A stretch of 62,966 nucleotides of DNA, the filler included, from Octopus bimaculoides (lineage: Eukaryota), in assembly GCF_001194135.2 (NCBI RefSeq). It is 6 parts of 5 records of this genome, joined end to end, with 100 filler letters (N's around TTAATTAATTAA, not from the genome) between each part and the next. Parts side by side here need not be neighbours in the genome. Positions count along the whole stretch, not along the records: positions 28,016 to 40,702 come from NC_068990.1; positions 40,803 to 57,498 come from NC_069008.1; 4 more parts are not named here. The stretch is one strand, 5' to 3'. The position numbers and the translations under genes are program-made. Positions within the stretch are counted from its first letter, which is position 1. Each line of letters begins with the position of its first letter. Under the pieces are notes generated by a model. The model was not told the origin of the DNA. It searched no databases and was given only the letters and a program-made list of their open reading frames with translations. This document shows positions 37,885-49,794 of this stretch, piece after piece.

Positions 37885-39058
37885 TATTTACTATTTATTT
37901 ACTTTCATATGATTTTCAAGCTTTTGCCTGATCTAAGTCTTCTTCAAATGGTTATAATATGAAGATTTGTAGTTTGTAAAACTCTAAAATGTACGGAGGT
38001 GCTTTGGAAGATTTATTTTAATAAAATGGGTTTAGTTGTTAGAAAATTTCAGCTGTAATTAAAATTTTAGGTTTTGAAGTTGAAAGGCCTTCACATGTAT
38101 ACACTTTGTGCAAAGAAAAGATTCTATAAATAGTTTGTAGTCAGGTGGTTCATTTGCTTTAAATAAAATGGGTCAAAATCATAATTTGGGGATATGGTAA
38201 ATAGTAATAATTGAAAAATAATGGACTAATAAAGATGAAAGAAGATGATATTTAACAGTGGTGCAGAAGGTATGTAAAATGGGACTACATGTGTGTATCT
38301 GTGCTTATTTCTAATTATCTGTATTTGTATTTGGGCAGCAATGATTCCACCAGATATCAAGCACCTAATCTATATATACTTTTCATGATGAAGAATATAT
38401 TCCAATTCCACTATGAAAAAGCTCTCTTAAATACATTTTCACAGAAGACATAAACCTTTAATGTTTCTTTGAAGAAAATTATAATGATAATGACTCAACA
38501 GATAACACAATATAAAAAAAAAACTATTTTGCCAGTTTCAGCCTCCAAGCTTTCAAAAACCAAGTTAATTCTTAAGATAAACAAAGGAATTAACATTCAG
38601 GAACTGAACTAATAATTTTTAAAAGACTTCTGCAGAAAAAAATCATTCACATTTCATGGGAATGACAGTTTTGAAAAGCTGATATGACCAAAAATATTTA
38701 TGATTTAAACAAAAAAAAAAAAATCATTTCACCAATTGATTTTGTATTTTATCATAAATATAACCCCCCCCCCCCAAAAAAAAAACCCCAAACAAATCAC
38801 ATTAACTTCAAGGAAGTTAATAAGTCTCTGAACATTATAATGAAACTCAATACTGAAAACAGAAGCATATCAATCCCCTTTGGTGCCATACATTACTTTA
38901 AGTGACCACAAGCCAAATTTTTGACCATCTATCTACCAGACATGAATCCCTTAAGAACAGACATTGCATCAATAAGTAAATCCATAACTGACATAAACTA
39001 AAATTTGAACGAAAATAGAATGTGAAGAAGAGAAAAAGAAAGCAGACCAGGAACCAGA

Positions 39059-39131
39059 TGCCGAAACCTGGAATTGAACAAAGCATCTATAGATCTTCAG
39101 GCTAACACTTTCCTAACTGAGCTATGTTTAA
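39059..39131 (-). pseudogene. tRNA-Phe: tRNA-Phe(GAA) pseudogene
   Basis: Minus strand ATAGCTCAGTTAGGAAAGTGTTAGCCTGAAGATCTA..GTTCAATTCCAGGTTTCGGCA aligns with eukaryotic tRNA-Phe; the 5' acceptor strand has decayed (TTAAACA for GCCGAAA). Confidence 0.85.
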
Positions 39132-40444
39132 TATTAAGCGTTTATCCAAAAGAACAATTCAACCTTCTTAATTTGCTACATTTCCTCTAAAATATAAACA
39201 AATGCTGTTTTTTCCCCATTTGATACACAAAATTATCTATTACCTTTATATGATCTAACCCTCTTTAACATTGCTTTTAACATTGAAAAACTATCACCCT
39301 CACCAAACCTTCTATGGAGATCATTTTAGAGACTAGATAATCCATTCTGTTCTTCAACAATGTCCCATAGGTGGGAAGAAAGCAACATGTTGAGCCTACT
39401 TTTATACCTTTTGATGAGATGAACTCAGTGGAAGAAAGGAACTTGTTGACATTTCTTATTTAAAAGCTGTTACATTTTGTACTTGAAGATTTATATATAG
39501 TTATGGCCTTACTGTTTCCTGAAATTTTAACTCACAATTTCAATAAGTCATCTACAAACACTATAAAGAAGTAAGTTTTACAATTACAGTAGAGAGCTTG
39601 ATCAAAGAATATTTTGTTTACAAGTCACGCTTAACTTACATAATACACTATCCCTATTAAAAAAAAAACAAAGGAAAATTACAAGCATATACAGAATATC
39701 AAACTACATCATTAATATATTTTAATTAAGCTATTAATCTCCAAATCATCTTCTAATGAAGAAATATTCACAGGCAATTTAGAATATACTTCACAAAGTG
39801 GATTTACTGAAAAATGAAATGGCACCAAAATACTGAGAATTGTAACAGGTCAACTTAACCTAGATGCCACTGTGCTAATAGAAATTCATATCATTAATGG
39901 GAACAGATCAAAATAGGAATCGGTGTATTGGGTAACAATATCAATGCCACAAATTTATTTTCTTTTTCATATATACAGCACTAACTGTCAAACCCGTAAA
40001 AATTATTTAAAGCAAATGGCAACTTCTATTGACAGTCCTAACAGAAAAAAAAAAAGCTCAGTCTATCTACATGCTAGTGGGTTTTAAGATCTTTAAACAC
40101 TCCATAAAATTTCACGTAACTTGTAAAATTGTATCACAATCCAAATCATAACTAATATAAGACATAGAAAAAGAACATGCTAACATTGTATCACAGACTG
40201 TAATGAAATCATGTTTTTCCAACACTCTGAAGTACTTCAGTAGACAGTGGATATACGGTGCATTGAAATACGATAAAACGATTCAGTCCCTTTATAAACC
40301 TTATTCCTGACAGCATTGTCCAGAGCAAATTAAATGTAATAAAACTTGTATTCTCACATGAAAAGTACAACCTGCAGTGTATCAAAGTGTATTTGAGCAG
40401 CACCTATAGACTTAAAAAGACAGTCAATTTCTGCATATGATGTG

Positions 40445-40517
<73 letters not shown>

Positions 40518-40658
40518 AGACACACACACACATCTATCTATCTATAGATGCATGCACACATATCTATGCATGCACACATATATATACACACATACATACA
40601 TACATATATACATGTACATTCAGATACACACGTATCTATATACATAACGTATACCATA

Positions 40659-40702
<44 letters not shown>

Positions 40703-40869
40703 NNNNNNNNNNNNNNNNNNNNNNNNNNNNNNNNNNNNNNNNNNNNTTAATTAATTAANNNNNNNNNNNNNNNNNNNNNNNNNNNNNNNNNNNNNNNNNN
40801 NNGTTAAACGATGATGATGATGATGATGATGATAAATTAAGGACACCATCACTGTACGGTTGCAGTTGT

Positions 40870-41160
40870 GAAGGCCCATAGCGCAGTGATTAAGGTATTC
40901 AGCTCATGATTGTACGGTGGTGGATTTGATTATCAGCTGTGTGTTGGTCTTTGAGCAAGATTCTTTATTTCACGTTGCTTCAGTTCACTCAGCTAACAAA
41001 AGTGAGGAGGACCAGCCTTGTCACGCTGAATTTCCCTGAAAACTATGTTATGGGTATGTGTGTCTGTGGAGTGCTCAGACACTTGCACATTAATTTTGTG
41101 AGCAGGCTGTTCTATTGATCTAATCAGCTGGAACCCTTGGTGTAACTGATGGGATGCCAA
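40870..41160 (+). mobile_element. SINE with family A 3' tail but a different central domain
   Basis: Central ttgagcaagattctttatttcacgttgcttcagttcactcagc, then cagccttgtcacgctgaat...gtggagtgctcag...ggatgccaa shared with 6802-7190. Confidence 0.7.
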
Positions 41161-41934
41161 GGCAGCTATGTTACAAATACATATACAACTACAAAAAAAG
41201 ATATTTCATCAGACCATAATAGGATTCATGTAGTATATTGTACATGTATTTAGAATTTTTTATTACATTCTTACATATATATACTGGTTAATTTAATCTG
41301 ATTCACTCCTCCTATGACATGCTTCCTAGCCCTACAAATGTAAAGTATTGGAACATAGAGGTGAGTGGTATGCAAAAAGGCTGGAATGATGAGGCACATA
41401 CTCTCCAATTGCCCATTAGGCCTGGAACACAGATGCACATAGTGGCATAACCAAGGGAGCATTGATGGTGATTTTTTCAGAGCTAGCTGTGAAGAAGACA
41501 AAAGATGTTGCAAGCTGTTGAGGAAACAGGCCATTATATGTGGCTCAAGAGAAGACAAGTCAGAGTACTTGGCTGATGCAATGGTAGCTAAGGTAAATGA
41601 GTTAACAATGGTGAAAGGCCACAAATAGTGAAGCACAGAGAAGGTGAACACTAAGTTAAGAATGATCCAAAATTATCTTGATGGTAAATATCACTTCCTA
41701 TTTTTTTATGGCCAAAAGACCCAGCCTTATCATATGGTGCAAAGAATGGAAGTTGGTGTAAGATGGTAGAGCTGACAGTTCTCTAATGTTTAAAGGAAAT
41801 AGCTATTTTTCATACTTTCTAGGGGTAAGTAAACAGGAAATAGCAGTTGTTAACCAAGGACAGACAGACATGTTACACAGTGTAAGTTGATTAATTTCCA
41901 AATATTGAAGTAATCTTCAACTTCATACAGGAGT

Positions 41935-42123
41935 GGGTGTTGAAAAGTTTCTGGCCTTGAGTGAAAGAAAATGCAAGAGGATCGGTTAATTATGATTTTA
42001 TTCACACTTATTGCAGTGGTCCTTCAGTTTTTCTGAACCCTGTAAAAGAACTTGGAAGGGTGGGCCTCCAATCAAGTCTTTTCTGATACGCTTAAAGCCA
42101 AAAACTTTTCAGCACCCTTTCGT
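41935..42123. mobile_element. Mariner-type MITE (~190 bp)
   Basis: TIRs gggtgttgaaaagtttctggcctt and aaagccaaaaacttttcagcaccc. Confidence 0.65.
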
Positions 42124-42409
42124 TCATTAAATCCATGATCAAAAAAACTGTTTTTGAGAATCAGGTGGAAAACATACCACTTTGTGAAGGAAAACCAGAG
42201 TGGTACAAACAATGGAACTGGAAGAATGAATTTATAAGCAGGGGAAACCCATTGTAAGATTTCCCTACTTCACTACTAGAAACCTAGCACAAATTATAGT
42301 GTCCCACAGCATCCATAGACTAAGGGAATTAGAAAACTTAAATCTGACAGACCTAGACTGAAATAGAATATGTAATAAAAGAAAAAAATGTAAGGCTAAT
42401 GTTAAGACT

Positions 42410-42637
42410 GTAGTGACGTCATTTGGCGCCAAAATACAGTCGCCATTACTGTGTTTTCATCCACGCATGCGCAGGGAATAGTTCTGGAAGGAACACAGGA
42501 GAGTCCCATGCGCATGTGTGGAATTCAACAGCTCTTTTCATTCTCTTTCTCAGCCGGCTGGCGATGAGCGTGGTCGTATCAAGCTGTCTCTCCAACATTC
42601 CGACGTCTCAGCAACCATGCCTATTTCCTCGGTAAAT
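42410..42637 (+). promoter_or_regulatory. CpG-enriched promoter-like region with candidate first exon
   Basis: TGACGTCA 42414, TTTGGCGCCAAA 42422, CGCATGCGCA 42464, CATGCGCATG 42507; donor TCG|GTAAAT at 42632. Confidence 0.55.
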
Positions 42638-42814
42638 AAATATTGTTGTGTTGATAGTTCGGAGTCAGCGTTTCGTTGTTTCTTTTGAATTTAATATAGG
42701 AAAGTGGGTGTACACCTAATGGTGTATAACCACTTTCCTATAAGACTAATAGAAACTATACTGTAAATGACAAGAACAGAGGCAGTGATGGTAAGAGTAA
42801 CAATAATGACAATA

Positions 42815-43330
42815 GTAATAACGAGCACTCAGCAGAAACCTCTGCCAGGGCAACACCAACGTTCAGCCGGAGATGATTTTTAAAATAAGGATATCTGAAA
42901 TAAACTTGACTGCTCTCACAAATGAGAATACTAAGAATGAACCCGACCACTCTCAAAAATTAAGTAGTCATGGAATGTGGGAATCTACGTAGAAAATTTA
43001 GTAACTCATAAATAGTTTATCTTTTATCCTTATCTAGTACGAACCAAAGTTAACAAAGTCACCATTCAAAATAGTTAGTCTAAAGGTAGATAATTGAGAA
43101 AGACTTGAAAGTTAACATATGACTAATCCTGTAAAGTAAATATAACAAATAATCCAGAATCCTTGTGAGGTACTGGATTGATCCCAAAATCTAATCAGTT
43201 TGTGCTAGTCATGAGGCCAAACATCCCTGAAAGTTTCATCCAAATCCATCCAGCGGTTCTTGAGATATCTTGTCCATGGACACACACACATACAACTGAA
43301 AACAATTCCTTCGCTAGGGTGGGGGTAATA
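42815..43330 (+). mobile_element. Helentron-associated (HINE/DINE-1-like) non-autonomous element, interrupted
   Basis: 3' end aaagtttcatccaaatccatccagcggttcttgagatatc + (CA)n + gaaaacaattccttcgct..ggggtaat is typical of HINE ends. Confidence 0.55.
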
Positions 43331-43379
43331 AGAATAATGACAGTAATGTTAAAGTTAATAATAAGTGTGAGAATAACTC

Positions 43380-43790
43380 CAAAAGTAGCAGCAATTGGAA
43401 GACAAACGCTGGTTCTAACAGAGTGGGTAAGGAATGTGTGTTAAATAAATCCTGCTGAAAAAGGAACATAGTATATATATATGGTAGTAACCCAGAACAA
43501 CTTACAAATACATAAGATGTGCCACAACATTTAAGCTATGATATTACAACCACTCCTTATCATTTAGGCATAAGAATAAAGAAAATGTGACACCAATCAG
43601 CAAACTAATATGGCAACTTAGGGAGGAAAAAGCAGAAATTGAGCTCAAACAGCCAATCCTCAGTAGAGCTAAACCATATGAAATTAATAGATGTGAATTT
43701 TGCCTCGAGGAGTCTTTCCAAATCTTAAAAGCAGTGTGTATTCTTATTAACCATAGGCAGGAATTAGTAATTACACTTATTTTATTTTAC
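43380..43790 (+). mobile_element. Penelope-like element GIY-YIG endonuclease remnant
   Basis: CVLNKSC*KRNIVY...FKLxYYNHS..FRHKNKENVTPISKLIWQLRE...AKPYEINRCEFCLEE...LINHRQEL. Confidence 0.8.
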
Positions 43791-44941
43791 TTAGGTTTTT
43801 ATATTTATATGTATGGCTATGTGTGTGTGTATATAAATACGAGTATATATGTAAGTGTATATATATATTTGCATGGGTTTCAAATTTTAAAAATTTATTA
43901 AATCTCTTTAATATTTTTTTTTTTTTTTGTATATATTTTATTTCATCCTATTTTGTTCTTTTGAGATTTTAACATTACTCAGCAAATTCATTCTAATCCT
44001 TTATATCTTAGTTTGCTTTAATACTAAATTTAGAAACTTCAGTACAAAATTTTAATCCATAACCCTTTTTATTAATTTAAAATTTTAAAACCTGACCAAT
44101 CAGGTTAATCTATATTTTCATTGAATTTTTAACAACTTTAACTTGACATCATCCCATTTGTAACAACATCTCTCAATCTATCAGTATTTATATCCTGAAT
44201 AATTAGAGCATTCCTGACCTAAAATCTGACTACAATTAATATCTTTTTATTTTCTAACATTATTCCTTCACTATGCTAGATAGCAAAAACTAGAAAGTTA
44301 CTGTCTCAGATTGACCATGTTCATCAAAGACCCATATCAAATTTCAACACAATGGCTGGAGAATATCTAACCTATATATAATGCTAATATGGTAATTGGT
44401 GCTGACCTGATTACAAATGCTAATGTTTTAGACTATCCCCTCTTCCAAATTTGGCAATACACTGACCCTACTTCTAGTGACTCCTATACCATCCTCTTAC
44501 CTACTCCCACCCCTTTGTAACCTGTCTTCCTCTGTTCTCTGTCCCACTTGAGTATTTCCATCTTCTCTTCCCACCTTCCCCAAACAATAGCCATTCCTCC
44601 AGAAAGTAGCTTTCGTTTTCTTAGTTCTTGTTCAATTTTCCTCAATTGAGCAATAAACCAATTGAGTAAACCTATCAATAATGTACCTGTAATAATTACT
44701 GGAAACAGCTGTAAGCCAGATTTGCTCCAATAAAGGAAAAATATGTAATAACCATTGTTTTAAACTTCTTTCTTTTATTTATATATATATGAGGATGTTA
44801 ATGTTTATAATAATAATATCAGTAGCTTAGTATGTGTAAAAAAAAAGAAAAAACATAATCTCTATAACCCTGGGGTCAGTAAGACTTGCAGAAGATGAAC
44901 TAAAAGAACCTAAAAGAAGAAAGGCTTAATGTATTTAAACC

Positions 44942-46232
44942 ATACCATTTTGCATATATGATGCTTCATGACATTGAGTAAATAACTAAACTTAAAATAT
45001 TAATTAGTGGATTAATTTTTCTAAGGAGGTAATAGGGTGTATAAATAATTTAAAAAAATAAAATAAAAACTATACCATAACAGGATACACCAACAGGTCT
45101 AGAAAAAGCGGGAGTGATAGTGCCATAATGTTTTGAAGTAATCATAATAGTTGTTAAGATTATGTTAATAGTAGTAATTAATAGTTTATCCTAATAAAAT
45201 GCCTATCAATTAATTACATTATTTACTTATTGATATGTTGTAAAGACCAACCACCTATTGTCTGTAATGGGACTGACCAAGGTGCAGCTTTCGATATAAA
45301 TGGTCAGTTAAATTTAAAAAGAAAGGGCAAGGTATTACGACTGTTGTATGGGTAGATGTAAATAAATAAAAAAAATAAAACCCCCATTCTTTAAAAGGAA
45401 TTGATAAGGCAAAACTTCCTGTAATCTGGAAGCATACAAAAAAGCTTGGATTACAGGAACTCTATTTGAAGATTGGTTTACTAATCACTTTGTTGCCAAA
45501 ATAGAAAAATATTGTAAGGATAAAAAAATTCCTTTCAAGATTCTTTTGATAATGGATAATGCTTCCAGTCATGCTGAATTTTTAAAGCATCACCATCAAA
45601 ATATTAATGTTGTTTGTTTACCTTCCAATATAATATCTTTGTTGCAGCCTATGGATCAAGGAGTCATTTCATTGTTTAAATCTTAGTATCTCCGTTTCAC
45701 CTTTGAATGACTCCTTGAAGTGAGAGATAAAGAAAATGGTTCTATGATTCAAGAATTTTGGAAGAGTTTCAGCATCCTTGATGCAATAGAATTGGTAAAG
45801 AAAGCATGGGTTAAAATCGCCGTAAAGAACCTGAAAGGAATTTGGGAAAATCTCTGCTCCAAATTAATTGACAATTTTGAAGGATTTGATAATCTTCATG
45901 AAGGTCTTCAAAAAGAAACTGCTAAGTTACGGGGACGTAAACACACCAGCATCGGTTGTCAAGCGATGTTGGGGGGACAAACATACACACACATATACAT
46001 ATATACGATGGGCTTCTTTCAGTTTCCGTCTACCAAATCCACTCACAAGGCTTTGGTTGGCCCGAGGCTATAGTAGAAGACACTTGCCCAAGGTGTCACG
46101 CAGTGGAACTGAACCCGGAATTTTGAGGTTCATAAGCAAGCTACTTACCACACAGCCACTCCTACGCCTGAAATTTTTTACAAAATTTGACCTCATCTAA
46201 AGGTCACATTATATGTGGAAATATACGGTATG
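44942..46232 (+). mobile_element. Tigger/pogo transposon remnant with a SINE B insertion (45933-46165, minus strand)
   Basis: KAWITGTLFEDWF...ILLIMDNASSH...LLQPMDQGVI...ILDAIELVKKAW (DDE_1). Right TIR-like cattatatgtggaaatatacggta; the left end is tentative. Confidence 0.85.
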
Positions 46233-47044
46233 TAGACTTATATATATAGTCAATTCAATGAAAAAACAATTCAAAAACAAAAAGAGAAAAAAAATGAACG
46301 CAAGGATGTGCACAAGAATTATATTAGTTTAATGCTCAGTGAAAGGAGAGTTTTTAAGGTTTCAAGCATGGCTCTTCATCAGAAAGAAGAAAGGAAGAAA
46401 TCCAAAGAAGAAAAATCGCCAACAGTTCACATGTGGTTACATTTCTATATTACATACAAACATATATACACACACGTATCATATAAGCTATGATAAGATA
46501 TTTTGTCTTGTAGTTTCTGTGTTTATAAATGATTGTACACTGATCGTATTACTGATATCTCCGGATACATTTCTTTGCCATTTACCCACAGTACTGAATA
46601 TATCAACTGTGTCTTTTCTTTATCCTGGAAATGTTATATAGAATATATATTAGTATACTGTTATTTAAAATATTGGTGCTCCAGCATGGCCACAGTCAAA
46701 TGATTGAAACAAGTAAAAGAGTAATGATAAGTAAAGTAATAGGTATTCGTTGTCCCCCTGTCTGAATAAAATGGTCCTACAAGTTATTTCTTGCATAAAA
46801 TGAATTTTGACAAGCATGTATCCTGATGGACTCAATATCCCACTGAAGAAGTTACTAAACAGTTGGTATCAAGAAATGCATTTGGCTGTATAACAATGCT
46901 TCAAAAACAGAACCCTGATGAGTATGATTTTTGCCATGAGTTCATAGATTATTGTTATGTTCATAAGACTAACCAATGTTTTAGCATGGAAATTGATCTT
47001 AGAACATGTTTCATATGTTGCAGTGCATTTTGACAATGATGTAT

Positions 47045-48643
47045 TTAGACTTCTGTATGGATAGATATATGTGAAGTTAAGGTACATTTCTGAGAGAATG
47101 ATTTGCCACAAATATCACAGTGATGTGGCTTCTCACCTGTATGAATACGTTTGTGTCTCGCCAGGTCACTACTCCCAGAGAATGATTTTCCACAAACATC
47201 ACAGTGATATAGTTTCTCTCCTGAATGAATGCGTTTGTGTGAAGTTAAGGAACCGCTATGAGAAAATGATTTACTACAGACATCACAGTGATAGGGTTTC
47301 TCTCCTGTATGAATGCGTTTGTGTGAAGTCACATGACTACTTCTAGAGAATGATTTACCACAGATATCACAGTGATATGGCTTCTCTCCTGTGTGAATAC
47401 GTTTATGACCAGTTAAAGTGCTTCCATCAAGGAACGACATTCCACAGATGTCACAGTGAAAAGGTCTTTCCCCTGTATGAATGTATTTGTGTCTAGCTAA
47501 GCTAATTTTCAGAGAGAATGATTTATCACAGGCATCACACTGATATGGTTTCTCTCCTGTATGAATATATTTGTGTCTAGTTAAAGTGCTTCCATCAGAG
47601 AATGATTTGCCACAAAAATGACACTGATATGGTTTTTCTCCTGTATGAATATATTTGTGTGTGGTTAAGTTACTTCTAGTAGAGAAAGATTTACCACAAA
47701 TATGACAGTGATATGGTTTTTCTCCAGTGTGAATGCGTTTGTGTATAGTTAAGCTATCTAACTTAAAGAATGATTTACCACAGATATCACAGTGATATGA
47801 TTTTTCTCCTGTATGACGACGTTTATGTTGTGTTAAACTACTACTTTGAGAAAATGATTTACCACAGACATCACAGTGATATGGTTTTTCTCCTGTATGA
47901 ACACGTTTGTGTTTGTTTAAATTACTACTTGAAGAAAATGATTTATCACAAATATCACAGCAATATGGTCTTTCTCCAGTATGAATGTTTTTGTGAGCAG
48001 TTAAGGCACTCCTAGTTGATAACGATATCCCACAGTCATACAATTTTTCTGCTGTATGAATGTATTTGTGTCTAGCTAATTTATTTTCCTGAGTGAATGA
48101 CTTACCACAAATATCACAGGTATGTGTTTCATCTCCTGTATGAATATATTGGTGTCTAGTTAAGTTACTTCCACTAGAGAATGATTTCTCACAAACAAGA
48201 CAATGATACGGTTTCTCTCCTGTATGAATTCGAATGTGTGTAGTTAAATTCCATTTCCCAGAGAATGATTTACCACAGATTTCACAGTGATATGGTTCCT
48301 CTCCTGTATGAGTGCGTTTGTGTTTAGCTAAACTGTCTAACTTGGAGAATGAGTATCCACAGATGTTGCAGCAAAATGGCTTTTCTCCAGTATGAATGCT
48401 TTTGTGTTCAGTTAAGCGAACACATCGAGAGAATGATTTACCACATATATCACAGTGATATACTTTCACATTTGTATGAGTGCATTTATGTTGAGCAAGG
48501 TTATTATTTTGAGAAAATGACTTTTTACAGATATCACAGCAGTATGATGGTTTATCTGCCTCTGTTGGTATCTCATCAGTAAAATCAATGCCTTCAGCCT
48601 GTGATTTACATTCAATGTTGTTATCACACAATTCATTAGCCAT
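47045..48643 (-). CDS. ZNF-B: single-exon tandem C2H2 zinc-finger protein, 532 aa, 18 finger units (finger 7 broken)
   Basis: Intact ORF. The track start at 48661 is GTG; the ATG (MANEL) is at 48643. TGEKP linkers; short acidic leader with no recognisable effector domain. Confidence 0.95.
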   Translation of the reverse strand: MANELCDNNIECKSQAEGIDFTDEIPTEADKPSYCCDICKKSFSQNNNLAQHKCTHTNVKVYHCDICGKSFSRCVRLTEHKSIHTGEKPFCCNICGYSFSKLDSLAKHKRTHTGEEPYHCEICGKSFSGKWNLTTHIRIHTGEKPYHCLVCEKSFSSGSNLTRHQYIHTGDETHTCDICGKSFTQENKLARHKYIHTAEKLYDCGISLSTRSALTAHKNIHTGERPYCCDICDKSFSSSSNLNKHKRVHTGEKPYHCDVCGKSFSQSSSLTQHKRRHTGEKSYHCDICGKSFFKLDSLTIHKRIHTGEKPYHCHICGKSFSTRSNLTTHKYIHTGEKPYQCHFCGKSFSDGSTLTRHKYIHTGEKPYQCDACDKSFSLKISLARHKYIHTGERPFHCDICGMSFLDGSTLTGHKRIHTGEKPYHCDICGKSFSRSSHVTSHKRIHTGEKPYHCDVCSKSFSHSGSLTSHKRIHSGEKLYHCDVCGKSFSGSSDLARHKRIHTGEKPHHCDICGKSFSQKCTLTSHISIHTEV

Positions 48644-48977
48644 TGTTTCTTCTTCTCTCACCAGAACATTCAGAGGTTTTTCTTCTTTTCAAATATTCCT
48701 AACAAATACTTATTCTGCTATATTTTCATCAAATGTGATCTCAAATAGTACATGAAGACATTGTAAAGTCCTGTGCAACCTCAACTGAATTAAAATACAA
48801 AATGATCTTCCACACTCTCCACTTGGTAATGTAAAGAAATGTATTATTCAGAGAAAATGTTTTACTGTAATTCTCTAGATAGATTCATGTGAACAGAACA
48901 ACGTCTTGGGTAAAATCTTCCAAATATTATGTATCCAATGCAAATAGAATTCTTTAATGCCAGCGCTATTTTGTATT
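48644..48977 (-). other. Probable 5' UTR portion of the ZNF-B coding exon, acceptor at 48978
   Basis: Minus strand ttttttgttatttcag|AATACA; in-frame stop at 48691-48689. Confidence 0.55.
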
Positions 48978-49121
48978 CTGAAATAACAAAAAATACAGTA
49001 TAAAATATAGTGGATATTTAAAAAGTTGGCATATAACAGAGGAAATTTTATATTTCTCTAATTAAAGTTACTTTCAATTTGTTATTAAAATTACATCATA
49101 CAGCATCATTTGAATCCTACA

Positions 49122-49260
49122 TGTAGTTGTGTGGTAAGAACTTTGCTTCCCAGTCACATGGTTCCAAGTTCAATGTCACTGCATGTCATCTGGGGCAAGT
49201 GTCTTCAACTATAGCCTTGTGAGTGGATCTGGTAGACAGAATGTGAAAGAAGCCCATTGT
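49122..49260 (+). mobile_element. SINE family B 5' half
   Basis: gtgtggtaagaactttgcttcccagtcacatggttcc...ggtagacagaatgtgaaagaagccc. Confidence 0.75.
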
Positions 49261-49261
49261 G

Positions 49262-49331
<70 letters not shown>

Positions 49332-49794
49332 ACAGGGTGGCAGTACTAAGCAGTAATGTGTATAAATGCAAGGTTATTAGCAGTTCAAATATGTTTGGGG
49401 CATATTCGAGCCCATAAGAAAGCCCTTCTTTGTGTTTTATCATGAAGAAAATTTCTTGCTGGAGACAAACGGTGTAAATACACCAAAATCAGCTAGCCGT
49501 GTCTCTTCCCCCAGACTATAAGATGCAAGCATTTGGGACTGGTTATCTCTTGTTCAGTCACAGAAATTGGACAGGGTGTGCTGCGAGCTGATAAGAGAGA
49601 TTGTCTTTCTCATGACATACCAGTCATTGGACATGACTGGTAGTGTTAATAGGTGCCTTACCAATCACATCCCATGACCACCTGATACCCTTCTTGTTTC
49701 TTTGTCACTCTGACATGTACTGATGTTTTTCAATATTTTTATCCCTTCAAACATGTTTAATGAAACGATAATGCACCCTAGGGTGGGATTTTAG

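Noticed and set aside
41271-41651. 126-aa minus-strand ORF
   Set aside because: Non-ATG start, no recognisable domain, no splice support.
48644-48690. KRAB/SCAN/BTB/ZAD effector exon upstream of the ZNFs
   Set aside because: Leaders are short with upstream in-frame stops; no such motif seen in any frame examined.
49333-49779. Possible Tc1-type MITE bounded by cagggtg...caccct
   Set aside because: Only a 6-7 bp terminal match, not distinguishable from chance.
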